DNA of 64,000 bases from Dimorphilus gyrociliatus (taxonomy: Eukaryota > Animalia > Annelida), in NCBI GenBank assembly GCA_904063045.1, contig CAJFCJ010000070.1, positions 95,496 to 159,495 on the forward strand. Reading direction: 5' to 3'. A model generated the notes under the pieces. That model saw only the letters and a program-made list of their open reading frames with translations. It was not told the origin of the DNA and did no database searches. Shown here one piece after another: positions 23,300 through 37,096 of the stretch (positions within the stretch are counted from its first letter, which is position 1; every line of letters starts with the position of its first letter). Made by a program: the position numbers and the translations under genes.

Positions 23300-24480
23300 A
23301 AAATAACTTTAAAAAAGATGGATGTCAAAGTGGTTTTATATTACCTAAAACCAGGTGGTGATAAGACAGACTAAACTGCTCTTTTGGATTAGAACTCATT
23401 TACTCAATACTCTATAATCCTTTGACCAATTGAACCCAAGCTTTGGGAAATGTATAAAAGGAAATGCATTTCCCCAGCTTGTCAGTTCAGTTCTTTAACT
23501 GGTTGTTTAAAGTTCATAAGTTTTTAATTTGTTTGGTTTAATACCACACCAGTTGTTTTGGTAATAGAACAGATATAGATTAACATTACTGGCACTACTA
23601 AAATTGATATTTTTTAATAGAGAACTTTTACATAAAAGTCAAATCTTAAAGGTAAGAAGGCTTTTATTTTCTAACAATTATCATATTTATATAGAAATTT
23701 CTTTTTAGCCTTTGATATTTTTAAAGAAAGAGAAAAACTAAATTTTTCACTAAAGTTTTGAACATTCTTTCCAGGATTAACATTAATAAAGAATTTTATG
23801 AAAAATGCAATCATTTTTATGTATTAAAATCATTAATTGGATCTATTGCTTTTATGCTTAATAAATCAATATCTTTTAAAGACAAAAATAGCAAGGTAAT
23901 TAAAGATAGAATTTGTAAATAAAAGGCCTAATTACAGAAAACTTGTTAGTTTTAATTTTTTTTGTTAAACAGGAATGTGGAACATTTGTTTATTAATTTT
24001 CATTAGAAAAACTTGCTGTTGAGTGATAAAGAAATTATTCTTTGGACGAAATACTGGTGTTTTGTTGATTCATTTCTAATTACATTTGTTAGACTATTTG
24101 TTGACGAACTTGAAAGGTTCTATTTGTGTGAGTACTTTGGCAAATTGGTAAATGATTGGAAAGGACAATTACAGCTGCGATGAACCAGAAATTCCTACTT
24201 TCGTTTGTTGCAAACAATTCATATCTCCCCAACTTCTCTCTATTTCTTTGTATATAGCACATTCATAGTCTAATTAGTTATGGAGACTTCTCAATTTTCA
24301 GTTAGTTAATCCAGGTTTTAGGTAGTTTTTAAAGAATGGATTGGGGCAAACCTTTTTGTTTTTCTAACATTAGTTTTTAAAAAAGGTTTGTTGAGGAGTT
24401 AAGATTGTATGAAATTTTACAGGCTTAATGATTTCTAATGAAAAGACTTTTCAAATTTCTGGTCATCATAGCATATTGAA
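23300..24480 (-). pseudogene. LGR-like 7TM GPCR remnant (family C)
   Basis: NESRNFWFIAAVIVLSN (TM1-like) and NAFPFIHFPKLG...VLSK (ICL2/TM4-like); DNA homology with 42190-42500, 47700-47870 and 48920-49245. Confidence 0.45.
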
Positions 24481-24559
24481 ATACTTAATTCAAAGGCAGT
24501 TTGATGTTTTAAATTTATTTCCTCTGTGTTCGAAACAATGAGTTTTATGTTCCATTCAG

Positions 24560-25661
24560 TACTGTCCATGTTTTAGGAATACCCTTTAAAAACTAACAGC
24601 CATTTTAAAATGTCATCCAAATCATATAATATTTTTGACATTCTATTTTTATGTGGAATTATAAAAAACATACTTGTTTTCCATTTATTAAAACTTAAGG
24701 ATTGCAAAAATCCTTAAACATTAATGAATCTCAAAGATTATGATTTAGCTTTATTTTGACTATGGTGAGCCATATGAACAATGAAGAGAGGTTGGAAAAT
24801 TTAATCTTACCCTGTTCCAGATAAAAAACAAACTATCTGAGAGAAGAAAAATGGATACTGAAATATTGAATATTTGTAAAGGACTTAAAATGTCATCCAA
24901 TACTTTGAACAGTCTTTGTTTCATAGATTGTGATTTAAATGAAGAGCAAAGTAGAGAGATTGGAATGTTTCTCATAGAATGTTCAACAATGGAAACAATA
25001 AATGTATCAAAGAATAGAAGGATGGGTGATGGAATATTTAATATTTGTGAAGGACTTAAAACATCATCAAATTCTTTGAAACATCTTGATTTAAATGTTT
25101 CGGTGTACAACAAAGTATAATGATTGGAGATTTACTCAAACATTGTTCCAGAATAGAAACAATAAATTTATCTGTGAATATAGGGATGGGTAATGGAATA
25201 TTGAATATTTGTGAAGGACTTAAAATGTCATCAAATTCTTTGAACAGTGTCATTTTCCAGAATTGTAATTTAGATGAAGAACAAAGTACAATAATTGGAG
25301 ATTTACTCAAACAATGTTCTAGATTAGAAACAATAAATCTATCTGGGAATAGAACAATGGAAGATGGAATGTTGAATATTTTTGAAGGACTTAAAATGTC
25401 AACAAATACTTTGATCAATCTTTATTTTGAGGATTGTAATTTAAATGAAGAACTAAGTGCGGAGTTTGGAAATGTCTTAAAACGTTGTTGCAAAATAGAA
25501 ACAATCGATCTATCTGGTAATAGAAACATCTGTGGTGGAATATTGAATATTTGTGAAGGACTCCAAATGTCATCAAGTATGTTAAACAATCTCTATTTTG
25601 AAGATTGCAATTTAAATAAAGAACAAAGTACAGAAATTGGAAATTTACTCAAACATTGTTG
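24560..25661 (+). repeat. Tandem 171-bp (57-aa double-LRR) coding array, RNI-like, frameshifted
   Basis: The ggact(t/c)aaaa(t/c) anchor recurs at 24881, 25052, 25216, 25387, 25558 (171,164,171,171 bp); unit GILNICEGLKMSSNTL..L.F.DC.LNEEQS.EIG.LLK.C..IETINLSGNR; the 164-bp unit shifts the frame. Confidence 0.85.
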
Positions 25662-26491
25662 NNNNNNNNNNNNNNNNNNNNNNNNNNNNNNNNNNNNNNN
25701 NNNNNNNNNNNNNNNNNNNNNNNNNNNNNNNNNNNNNNNNNNNNNNNNNNNNNNNNNNNNNNNNNNNNNNNNNNNNNNNNNNNNNNNNNNNNNNNNNNNN
25801 NNNNNNNNNNNNNNNNNNNNNNNNNNNNNNNNNNNNNNNNNNNNNNNNNNNNNNNNNNNNNNNNNNNNNNNNNNNNNNNNNNNNNNNNNNNNNNNNNNNN
25901 NNNNNNNNNNNNNNNNNNNNNNNNNNNNNNNNNNNNNNNNNNNNNNNNNNNNNNNNNNNNNNNNNNNNNNNNNNNNNNNNNNNNNNNNNNNNNNNNNNNN
26001 NNNNNNNNNNNNNNNNNNNNNNNNNNNNNNNNNNNNNNNNNNNNNNNNNNNNNNNNNNNNNNNNNNNNNNNNNNNNNNNNNNNNNNNNNNNNNNNNNNNN
26101 NNNNNNNNNNNNNNNNNNNNNNNNNNNNNNNNNNNNNNNNNNNNNNNNNNNNNNNNNNNNNNNNNNNNNNNNNNNNNNNNNNNNNNNNNNNNNNNNNNNN
26201 NNNNNNNNNNNNNNNNNNNNNNNNNNNNNNNNNNNNNNNNNNNNNNNNNNNNNNNNNNNNNNNNNNNNNNNNNNNNNNNNNNNNNNNNNNNNNNNNNNNN
26301 NNNNNNNNNNNNNNNNNNNNNNNNNNNNNNNNNNNNNNNNNNNNNNNNNNNNNNNNNNNNNNNNNNNNNNNNNNNNNNNNNNNNNNNNNNNNNNNNNNNN
26401 NNNNNNNNNNNNNNNNNNNNNNNNNNNNNNNNNNNNNNNNNNNNNNNNNNNNNNNNNNNNNNNNNNNNNNNNNNNNNNNNNNNNNNNNNNN
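25662..26491. other. Assembly gap (830 N)
   Basis: Run of N beginning inside the LRR array. Confidence 1.
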
Positions 26492-26899
26492 CTCCCCTCA
26501 CACCCCTTCATTTATCTCTCCTAATGTTCATATGGAAAATTTATCAAAAATCCACTTTTAATCTTTCCGCAGAGATTTGCCAGAGCATGATACCTTCTAC
26601 CATTGTCATAATGCCTTAAAATCTCGATAACAATATTCCTTAACTTGATATATATAATATGCATGTGTGTGTGTGTGTAAACGCAATTGGTTTAAAAAAA
26701 AGAGAACATAGATATTTTAAGTAGGCCTAACTGCTATTCACTATGCTTTTATATTGATCACTCCCCCTCCTGGTTGTCTTGGCCACCTTAGTCATATGGC
26801 CTCCAGTATCAAAATGTACAGTAAATTTTTAGCTATAGCTAATCAGAAAAGTATAAACAAGCTTGTAGAAAAAATAATGCCTTATTGTAGTCTGGAAAT

Positions 26900-28245
26900 G
26901 CCGAATTGATGTCAAAATCAAAGGAATTGTTAGATGTCTTCACTTTGATATGTGAAACATTTCAAAACTCATTCAAAACTACTTTAAACACCATTAGTTT
27001 TCAAGGTTATAATCTAAATGACGCTATGTGCTCAGTCATTGCACAACTGTTTGGTCACTGTTCTCAAATTAAATCTGTCAATCTAGCGGAAAATCAAGCA
27101 AGTCTACTAACAATTTTTAAAGAACTAAAAAATCTTCTATTTGCTTAAAGATTATAGAAATTACAAGATGTAATTTAGATGAAGGTACAGTGCAAAATTT
27201 TGGAAATATTTTGTTAGATTTTCCTGCAATTGAAGAAATATATCTAGGGTACAATCCAAATATGAAAAGTGGGTTATTTAATATTTGTGATGGACTATAA
27301 AAATCATCTGCTACTTTAAGGGTACTGGATATATATAATTGTGACTTAGATGAAATTATGTGCAATTATATAAAAAAACTCCTTATAAATTGTTCAAATA
27401 TTGAAAGAATAAACACAATTGAAAATCCAAACATGGGATATGGAATAATAGAGATATGCACTGGTCTTCAAAACTCTACAACAAAGCTAAATTATCTTTT
27501 TTTTAAAAATTGTAAATTAGATGAAGATAAATATGCATTATTTTTAGTATAAAATATCTTTTAACAAATTTCTCACAAATTAAAGGAATATATCTAAATG
27601 ATAATAAAAATATGAAAGATGGATTTTTTGAAAAATGCCAGGCACCACAAACTATTAAAAATAATAAAAAGAATTTTGTAATGAAAATTTATATGATATT
27701 CATTTGAAAAAATGTAAAATTGATGAAGATATGAGTATTTGTTTAGGAAAAGTTTTAAAGAATTGTTCAAAAATTTAGAAAGATGCAAATTGAGTATGGC
27801 GAAAGATGTCGGATATCTTTTCGCAAGTTGCTGTCAAATTGAAACAATACTCTTGAAAAGAAATAAATCTATGACAAATGAAGGTGTTAGAGCCGTTTGT
27901 CAAGGTTTTGTAAAATCTTGTGAAACTTTAAAGATTATTGATTTCGAGAATTGTAACTTGAATAAATCAATGAGTAAGAAAAATGCTTTTCCCGGTTGCA
28001 ATCTAAACGAAGAAACATGCAAACATATTGGAAATCTCTTGAAAAACTGTACAATCATTAAAGAATTTCATATTTCAAATAATGAATATTTAAAGGAGGG
28101 ATGGATAATAATGTGAAGGTCTTGAAAAATCATAAAAAAACCTTGGAAATAATTGATTTTACAAATTGTAATTTAAGTGAAAGCAACATTAATCGAATTA
28201 TTAGCAAATTCGGATCAAGTATTAAAAAAACTAAAAGAGAAATGT
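26900..28245 (+). pseudogene. Degenerate RNI-like LRR array (same family as 24560-25661)
   Basis: IKSVNLAEN, IEEIYLGYNPNMKSGLFNICDGL, MGYGIIEICTGLQNS, GCNLNEETCKHIGNLLKNC; many stops and frameshifts. Confidence 0.75.
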
Positions 28246-28949
28246 AGAAAATTTTTAGTTGACTCAATAAATAACTATAATGACTTATAATGAGTATGTT
28301 TGGTTTAGTTTATCATCAAGAGTCTTGACTTGTTACCAAATTTATAAAATAGAATGAGGTTTAGAATAAGAAAATGTGTTCTCTCTTTCGAGAGGGCAGT
28401 CACAATGAAAAATAATAAATATACTAGTCCCAAAACCATTGATATAATACCAAAGTAATTAAAAGCTAGCAAATATTGTAATTAAAAACATTGCTATCAA
28501 AACTGTTCCACTCTTCTGCTAATTCATCTTTACATCACTGCCGCTTATAGAAAAAATAATACTTTTGACTTGTTCAACGATAATAAGACATTTTCCTATG
28601 GAAGACTAAAAATAATAATAAACAGAGTCAATACAATAATACTAAAGGAGCATTTTGCATTTTGACTGATTCCATTCTACAAGAACTGTCTATCACTGCG
28701 ATTTATGACGTATTAACATTACAATATCCATAGGAGATGGTGTAGCAGATTGATCATTGTGTAGGAACGAAATATTTATTATCACGTTCGACAATTTATG
28801 ACAACTAAAGGAATTGGAAGCTAGAAACAGTTTTAGTAAATGAAAATTAATATCAGTTAATGAAATACAGCAAATTTACGTCAACCAATTTTTAATGTTG
28901 TAGGTTTGATTGCCAAAAAAAGAAAATTTATTAATCTCTTCAGAAAAAG

Positions 28950-30240
28950 CCAATTTAGGTCCTGATACCAATATATCAGCACGTTACAAAAAAAGAAATA
29001 TGAGAACTGTGAAAGCACTTTTTCTTATTTGTTTATTCGTCTTAAGTGTTAGACACTTTTCTATTAAAGATGGTTGAATTTTCACAATGACCTCTTTTGT
29101 CGAGATGAATAATACACTCCCGGTATCTTTCGTTAATTTCTTGTTAAATAATTTTGTGGAAAGTTCAACGTTTCCATAAACAATATATCTGATTTATTCA
29201 CTTTTATCTACAAAGAGGGTGTTTTTGTTAGCATTTTTAAAAAACGTCCTGTAAGATTCATTTCTTCCAAGATGAAGCAATGATGAAAAGGAAGATAACT
29301 TTGAAGAATTTTTTTATTAAAAGCGAGAGAAGCTTTTTCTCCTACCGCTTTTATCCAATATTATTGTTATCAGGTTTTCGTTGAACACTACTTCTGTTTA
29401 CAGTGTCAAAAATGATAAAGTTGTTATATAGATATGAAGTATATATAGGAAATATTTTTATCATAAGATTTTTTACAATCATCTTCAATTAATTCACACT
29501 GACAAATTAACATATTTTAAATACTCCTTTCTTGAATACAAAAAAAGCACTTGATAAACATCAAATAGACAATTTCCTATATTCTCATTTTCCGCTGGAT
29601 TGAATCCTTCAATTAAGGAACATTTTTTTAGAAAAGTTGCTCTCTTTTTATAGTTTTTTTTCACTTCAAGTACAGAGAAAACAATTTTTTGTATGGATTG
29701 TCACTGCTGTTGATGGAAACTCTCAGCTTAATTGAAAACAAAGATGTAAATATTTCAATCCAAAAATATTTGAAAAAACAAAAAACTTGCACTATTCATA
29801 ACTTTTTCCCTCTTAAAAGCAAATGAAGAATTTTTCTCCAGTCTAATTGATAATGGCTAGTTTCCATAAAGTACTGTTTCAATAAAATTCAGTCAACTTC
29901 TTTCCCTAAGTTTCACAAAAAATTGAATGAAAATTTTTCAAACAATTAAATTTTCATACTTTTGTTGAGGAACTTTAATAGCTATATTTTTAAAGATAGA
30001 GACAGATAAATGAAGAAACAAACAAAAATGAATAGTGTTAAATAATTTAGGCAAAGTTTTTAACTTATATGATGTGATAATATAGTTGATTGAATATTTC
30101 TCAAATGCTTTTGACCATAAGGGATTTAAAACAATAAACATTGGGAAGACACTATTGGTGATATTATAAAAAGAATTTTGAAATATTCTATCATCACGAT
30201 ACATATATCTAGATCACTACATCAGGAACAAAACTTTAAA
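28950..30240 (-). pseudogene. Possible NACHT winged-helix/HD2 remnant of an NLR
   Basis: FCLFLHLSV resembles FxFxHLS(I/V)QE; the rest is too decayed to confirm. Confidence 0.3.
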
Positions 30241-33049
30241 TATAGGATAGTCAGATTTGTTAGATAAATATAGCGCACAGAGAGAGACAACGCCTCGGTA
30301 ATGTTAATAGAAGTTTAAAGCGTTTCTTATAATAAGTGTAACATAACCCCAAAAACTCTTGTAGACCCCTCTAAGACGATCGATTATTGAATCATTGTTT
30401 AGTTATGACAAGTTGTATTTGACTACTAATATCTATCATCAAAATACATATAAATAACAGAAAACAACAAAACCTAAACCAAAAAGTTGGCTAGATAACA
30501 TCTCTTAATGGCTGCGTGTTAAAAGTTAATAATTTCTATTTATACTGTCATAGATTTATCGTGTTCGCTATTTTGTATGACGGAGAAAACATTTAGGTTG
30601 TCTATTGCGATTTCGCATCGAAAAATTTTCCTTATTTTTTTCAGCAAGTCCTTCGAACATGACCTGTGCCCAACCCAAATTTGATCTCAGATATTTAAAA
30701 TACCTACTTATTGCATGCATTACGTTTATTTCGCATATGTCTATATCTTGATTAAAATGCTTTAGTTTGAGTACTATATAATGGTTTAATTTTTAGTTTC
30801 CAAAAACTTGTAGTAAAATTTTCAATTCTGAATTTCAAATTATTGTTTTTCATATTGGTTGTTATTTTTATTGTTTTTTCTTCGCAGTCTGAACTATTTA
30901 TGGAAGTATTCAATGTTTCATAAAACTAAAAATTGAAATTGAAATGTCTATTGACAACGAAAACATCGAAAATTTCTGTTCTAGAACAATATAACTTACC
31001 AAGAATGTAGAGCGTTGACAATTTACAACTAAGTTGTAGACATTTTTAGACTATTTAGCGTACAAATTCGTATGTTTAGGATTAGAAAATTTTGCAAACG
31101 ATAAAATTTTAAAGGAATTATTTCAAAGAATTGATCTGAAAGGAAGTATTTGAAAAAACATAAAGCAAATTTTACTTTGATCAGTAAACAAATCAAAATC
31201 AAAAATTGTTCAATCAAATATTCAATCATTGAATCAAATCCTCGCTAAAAAAAATATACAAAGAGTTTATATACTATTTACTATTGAAAATTTTTTCACA
31301 ATTTAATTATATTCCAACCAGAATTTTTTTCAAAAGATTGGATAAATTTAAAATATTTTTAGATAAGATTCGAATATTATATTATATTTTCCGAAAATTG
31401 AAATGTCCTGCTCAAAGAAAAAGTTTTAAATATTAAATTAAATAATTAGGATATTGAAGTTAATATTTACTTACATGAACTGAAAAACTAAATGGGAGGG
31501 TAAAACTATAAAGAACTCGTCCACAATCAAGTTTTATTAGTTTTTAATTTATTAATATTTAAATTGCATCGACAAATTATTGAAGAGATGAAAGAGATAT
31601 AATTACTTCCTTCTGTAATAATTTTTGCAAAAAAGATGAAGTAAAGTAATTGTCATGCATTATATGATGTAGAAAAAGGAAACCAAATTTGTAGTAAAAG
31701 TCGAAATGTTTCGACTTCGACATCTGAGTTTGGTGATCCAAGCTATGGAATATTTAAATACCTAAATGTAACTTATACTTACTTATGTATACTTATACAT
31801 TGCAGTATAAGTAGAAAAACAAATTGAGAATATTCTAAAACTCAACAGAAAAATGATTTGAAAAAAAAAAATAAATTAAATACAAAAAGTTTTAACTGAA
31901 AATCCATTTTTTTATTTGCCATTTTGTTCTTTTGCAGACCTAATTATGGTGGGTAAATAATGATAAAAAAACTGGAAGTATATATTTACATTTTTTTTGA
32001 TAAAAGTTGTTACACTATTAATCTATTTTTTTTTTATGTGTCCAGGAGCAAAAGCAAAATCAAAATATACTTTGAATATTAAATGCACTTAAGGAAAAAT
32101 TCTCAAAATTCGAGTGCTCGTGTTTTCTTTTTTAAATACAAAGAGACAAAACGTTCCTTTATATTCAACTTTACATCTATAAACTATTTTGCAAAACACT
32201 AAATATTAGCACTAAAGATCTGAATTAATCTGAAATCTGAAATTAATTTGGTTTGTATTATTGTTCCTGAAACAAAGAAAGCATAAATAACATTTCGGAA
32301 ACTGCAAAGTAAAGTGAAATTTCACACCAAAATTTTATAAACTGGTAGAAAATGTATTTATGTATAAATTCTGTAACGCTAAGATAAATTTTTTGACATA
32401 GGGTTTCTAATCAGAAAACACATCTACTTGCTATTTTCCAAACTATATGGAAAGGAAAAGGCTAGCTAACTATCTAATTCGAAAGATTCTCTTCTAGCAA
32501 TTCCTAAGCTGTTTTTTTAAGATTAATAGAGAATAACAGATACACATTGAAAAATGGGACAACAATTGCACTGACACAATTGATATTCTATTGACTTCTT
32601 CATACGTAGAGTGAAGAGGAGTGCATAATTTTCTTTGATAAATTTTCCCATAAACTCTAAAGGTTTGGTTGAAACACCCCATTACGCAAAAGTTTAATGA
32701 ATGATACGGGCATTTCTAGGCTAAGGAAAATTTGGAGTCTTTTCAGATTATGAAAGGCTCTAATTTTAGAAACTACAAAATATAAAGAATCTTGTTAATT
32801 GTTAGGTTAAAAGAAGAAAAGAATGAAATATTTTATCCGAAAAACTATAGCAATTTTGCCCATATAGCCTTGAACTAAATAAGATATTAAGGATTTTTTA
32901 TCTGTTGCACAGATTACCATCTATTTGAGATAATTTTTTAAATATCAATGTTAAAAAGAAACTCTAGATCATGGACATTAATCACACATCTTTTTCTACT
33001 CCTTAATGTAAACATCGCTGATTACACTAGGCAAAAAACCCGCTGAATC

Positions 33050-33617
33050 ATCGCTAATCGAACTCTTCAAATAGCATGACAACTCTAGTTACAGATAATA
33101 CCAGCACAATCATGTGGCATAGTACATTCATTAGCGCATTTTTCAAGATTGACACTCTTTAGATTTTTAATGTCGGATCCAGAATATGTTTTAGCAGAAA
33201 GCATGTCATAATATTTTAACGTGGCTGTAAAATAACAATATTAAAATCACCTAAGTCTTTTAAGCGGCTTTAAGTGGAAGACAGAAATGTTCGACTCGAA
33301 GATATTTCCTTATGCTGGAGCATGGCTTACCAAATATTTTTTTTGATGCTGTAACACATTCTTTATGATTACAGGCTTCAGACATTTTTGACAAACTGAT
33401 AGTCAAAGTATAAAACTACCAAATTTGGTACTGGTAATTGTAAGCCTGTTTCCATAAAACATTTCCAAATTCATAGTTTGATGTTCACATACTAAACTGG
33501 TTTCTCAAACTGTTCAAAACATTAGAATAAAATTTCAATTTGTATTTCTCATTTTACCTGCAAAATGAAATTCTGTAAAAACATATAAAACAATGAAATT
33601 ATAAAATTTTTCAACAT
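33050..33617 (-). pseudogene. SUEL (rhamnose/galactose-binding) lectin + PAN/Apple domain pseudogene
   Basis: Signal-like MLKNFIISLF; LVCEHQTMNLE..GNRLTITSTKFG; MSEACNHKECVTASKKIFGKPCSSIRKYLRVEHFC; KTYSGSDIKNLKSVNLEKCANECTMPHDCAGI; stops and frameshifts present. Confidence 0.6.
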
Positions 33618-33625
33618 ATATTATT

Positions 33626-33831
33626 GGATGGGACAGAAAACGTCCACAAATGAGTGCTTTTACCCTAACGCTAACCCAGCCGTTAACTGTACCTAACCTT
33701 TTCCACTACCCTCACCCTTAGGGGAGACCCTCCTAAGTACAAATCAGTTCCTGTTTTCTTCTGCCTAACCATTTCTCAATCCAAATTTTTGTCTTGAAAT
33801 TTCTCATTTGTGGAGGTTTTCTGTCGACCCC
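33626..33831 (+). mobile_element. MULE-type MITE (family B, subfamily 1)
   Basis: TIRs gacagaaaacgtccacaaatg / catttgtggaggttttctgtc; perfect 9-bp TSD tatattatt (33617-33625, 33832-33840). Confidence 0.92.
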
Positions 33832-34429
33832 TATATTATTTATTTCTTGCTTTTGTGTTCCAGCACATAGATAGATCTTTAAATGTTTGTTGTCAGATCT
33901 GTTTCCTAGTTTTTTTAGTATTCTTATTTTATGACAGTATTGAATTATTCATTCATCTGTTCATCTATTCATAAATGTTGTATTCTGTCCTAACTTTATC
34001 ACCTGTTCTGGACCCATCTTGCTTATCTTTCCTAATTTTCCAAAGTTCTCATTCATTCATTTATGGCTTTTGCATTCTAAACTAGACAAAGTCTATATAT
34101 TCAGGAATAATAACGGCAATGATTCAGTTGACATCATTAATAAGTCGTTTACTTACTTAACCCTTTGGAATATAGTTGCTCACTAATCCATGATATTAGT
34201 GCAATTTTAATCTCTCTAAACTAATTTTCAGCTAGAATAGATGGAATTGGCATCTATCATCTTTTATATTTTATTATACTTTTTTTATTCAATTTGATAT
34301 ACTGTCAGGTGACTATAATTAAAAATACACAAATGTAAACTATTCAGTACTGCATAAAATGTTGAAGTAATATCTATCCAATTTTTAAAATTCACTGTTG
34401 TAGATCTGAAAAAAAACAGATAATAAATA

Positions 34430-34730
34430 TCACCATTTCACATTGAAAAGATCTGTAGAAATGTTTTAAAGTTGCTTAACAGAAAAAATAATGAAAAACC
34501 TTGCATTTTGTGAAAACTGGTTAATAAGCAAATATTCTTGTTAGTATTTATCATATTTTCAGTAGTATGAAAATTGATTGATAAATTCGTATTTATTGCT
34601 AGAGGTTTAAAAGAATGTTGACCATTTAATTGCTGTAATTCCAATATTTCTTTGTAACCCATTTTGTTTATTAGTAGAAATAGAAAAATTCCTCAGAAAA
34701 TTGGAAAAATACGCCAGGTTTAATGCTTTA
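34430..34730 (-). pseudogene. Class A GPCR TM2-TM3 fragment (family D), paralog of 42620-42900
   Basis: atgggttacaaagaaatattgga...cattcttttaaacctct shared with 42729 onward. Confidence 0.5.
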
Positions 34731-34949
34731 TTGAATACTGTGATCTGGGTTAATTTTGGGGTCGGCAGAAAACGTCTACCAATGAGAAATTTCAATACTA
34801 GATTATGGATTGAAAAGTAGTTTGTAAGACAAAAACAGCAACTAAGTAGTTGTTTGATTCTTTGAAAGGGATTGAGAAAAAGAAATTTTTAATTTTCAAT
34901 TGAAGTAAACGATAATCTTAAAATTTATTCAGTTACAAGTTAAATGTAT

Positions 34950-36450
34950 ATTTAGAGGCTATAGGGGTTCATTTATATATAGATAAATTTAACTCCAACA
35001 ACTTTGGAAAATTTTAAAGTTGTTTTCTAATCATTCTAAACTCATTTTCATCAATAGAATTTATGTTAAAAGATATAATCTTTAAAGTGTTCAATGAGGG
35101 AACCAACCCTGCACACAGACTTTCCAGAAATTTTTGAGAAAAGTATTGTCTCCAATTTACAGCAATTTTTAAAAAGCTTTGCAATTTCTTTATCAAACTT
35201 ATAATATGAAAAATCGATATTCTTCAAATTACTTGATGAATGCACGAGTTCATTAATAACAATGAATTAATGTTCGAGAGATAAATTGATTCTAGATTGG
35301 AACATTTTTTGAACAGTTGACCTATCTCTTCAAAGGTGTTTTTATTGGTTATACAGAACTTAAAATTGGCATTCTTCACTGTATTTGATGAATGAAATAC
35401 TACTTCACAAATAATGAATAGGCCAACTTGTAAATATTCATTTTCTTCTAGATTGATTGCTTCTATCTTTAAACATTTTCGGAAGAGCTATAAATTATAT
35501 AAATTATAATATAATTTATATGGTAAGCTTGTAAACTTAATTTATAATTTCGAAAATTGAGACTTTTTAAAATATATAATGATGAAAAAAGTGATTGATA
35601 ATAGAAAGAGCTTCTTTAGAATATCCAAAGTGCCAGGTACATCCTTAATTGATTTTTTCTATTTTGAAACATTTACCCAAAAGCATTCCAATCCATTCAC
35701 AACTTGCTTCACTTAAAAGCAATTCTGCTCTTTAATGTACTTTCTAGGTGAAAAAGTTTTTGGCAAATATTAAAAATCATTCGATTTCCTTCTAAATCTA
35801 TTGTCTTAATTTTAAAGCATATTTTAAATAGTTTTCAAATCTCTAAACATGTCCTACTTAGAATTGCAAAATGAAAAATTGATATTCTTTATAAAATATA
35901 TTGATTGTTTCTATTTGGGAGCATACTTTTGAAAGATTTTCAACTTGATGACAAGTGTCTTTTTGTAAATTGCAATAAAAAAATGATGTTTTTCAAAGGA
36001 TTTGATGAGAATGACAATCCTGAACAAATACTGATCAATCCATTACCCATGAAAGGGTTCCCTGTTAAATTAATTGTTTCGATTTTGGTACAATTTTCCA
36101 ACAGATTTCCCAAGCATTTGCAATCTTCTCTATTCAATTTAGAAGATTCCAAATGGATTTCCTTTCAAGTATTTGCAGAGGAGCAAATATGAAACATTCC
36201 ATTTCCAATTAAAAAATTCCCTTCCAGGCTAATTATTTCTAAGTTATGAGATCTTTTAAAAATTTGTCTAATCCTAGAGCATTCTTCTTTTTAATTCAAA
36301 TCTAAGAAACTGATATGCTTTAATGTATTTAAAGATAAGGAAAGCGTATCACAGATATGAAATAATCCACTATTCATATTCCCATTTCCTTCTAAGTTGA
36401 TTGTTGCAAATATTGAAACAGTGTTCAAATTTTCTAAAATGAATTCTTAT
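34950..36450 (-). pseudogene. RNI-like LRR pseudogene
   Basis: INLEGNGNMNSGLFHICDT; LNREDCKCLGNLLENCTKIETINLTGNPFMGNGLISICSGLSFSSNPLK; LESLCAGLVPSLNTLK; stops. Confidence 0.7.
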
Positions 36451-36564
36451 TAATTGGTCTGTACATGATTTAAGCCTATTGGAAATGTATTTTAGACGCT
36501 TATCATTGTACAATTTTCATGATATTTTATGCTTATACTATGCTACTATATACCACTTATTCAA

Positions 36565-37045
36565 AAACCTACGCTAGAAATACAATGACCATTTAGCCAA
36601 ACTCAGACCTTGTCACACTTAAGGTTCATCTTCAAATGCCACTTAAGGTTTGGCCAAGTTGTGATTGATGATCTTGCTTCTTTAGGGTTTTGCCAAAGTA
36701 TGATTAATTAGTTTGAACTTTGTAACATTGTTCCTAGACCACCAACTGTTTAGGGGTGATTGGATATTGGAGACAAACCTACAAGTATAAAAATCCTCAC
36801 TGTTTTACTCTAACTGTCTTACCTTAAACTGGAAAGATCAACTGGATACAACAACCACTGGGACAAGCATTCTACCCTTTCAACATTGAACGCTAGTTTG
36901 GTAACTTGGCAATCTACTATTACAAACTATCTACTCTGCTATTCAACTTTTATATTATTACAAGCTTAAGTATTTTATTTCAAATAAACAATTTAAATTA
37001 AACACTTTGTTTAAAGGTTTGGTGTAGAACCAGTACTGCTTTAAA
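36565..37045 (+). mobile_element. Repeat family A, longer copy
   Basis: aaaacctacgc...ggtttggccaagtt...ggtaacttggcaatctactattacaaactatctactctgc...gtagaaccagtactg homologous to 61460-62015. Confidence 0.75.
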
Positions 37046-37096
37046 GTGTGTGGATCATTTGGGAATGATTAGTGCCGTAAATAGGGAAGAAGCTGA

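Noticed and set aside
25593-26619. Five long ORFs (288-499 aa) in the track
   Set aside because: Artefacts of translating the 830-N gap; only the LRR part before 25661 is real coding-like sequence.
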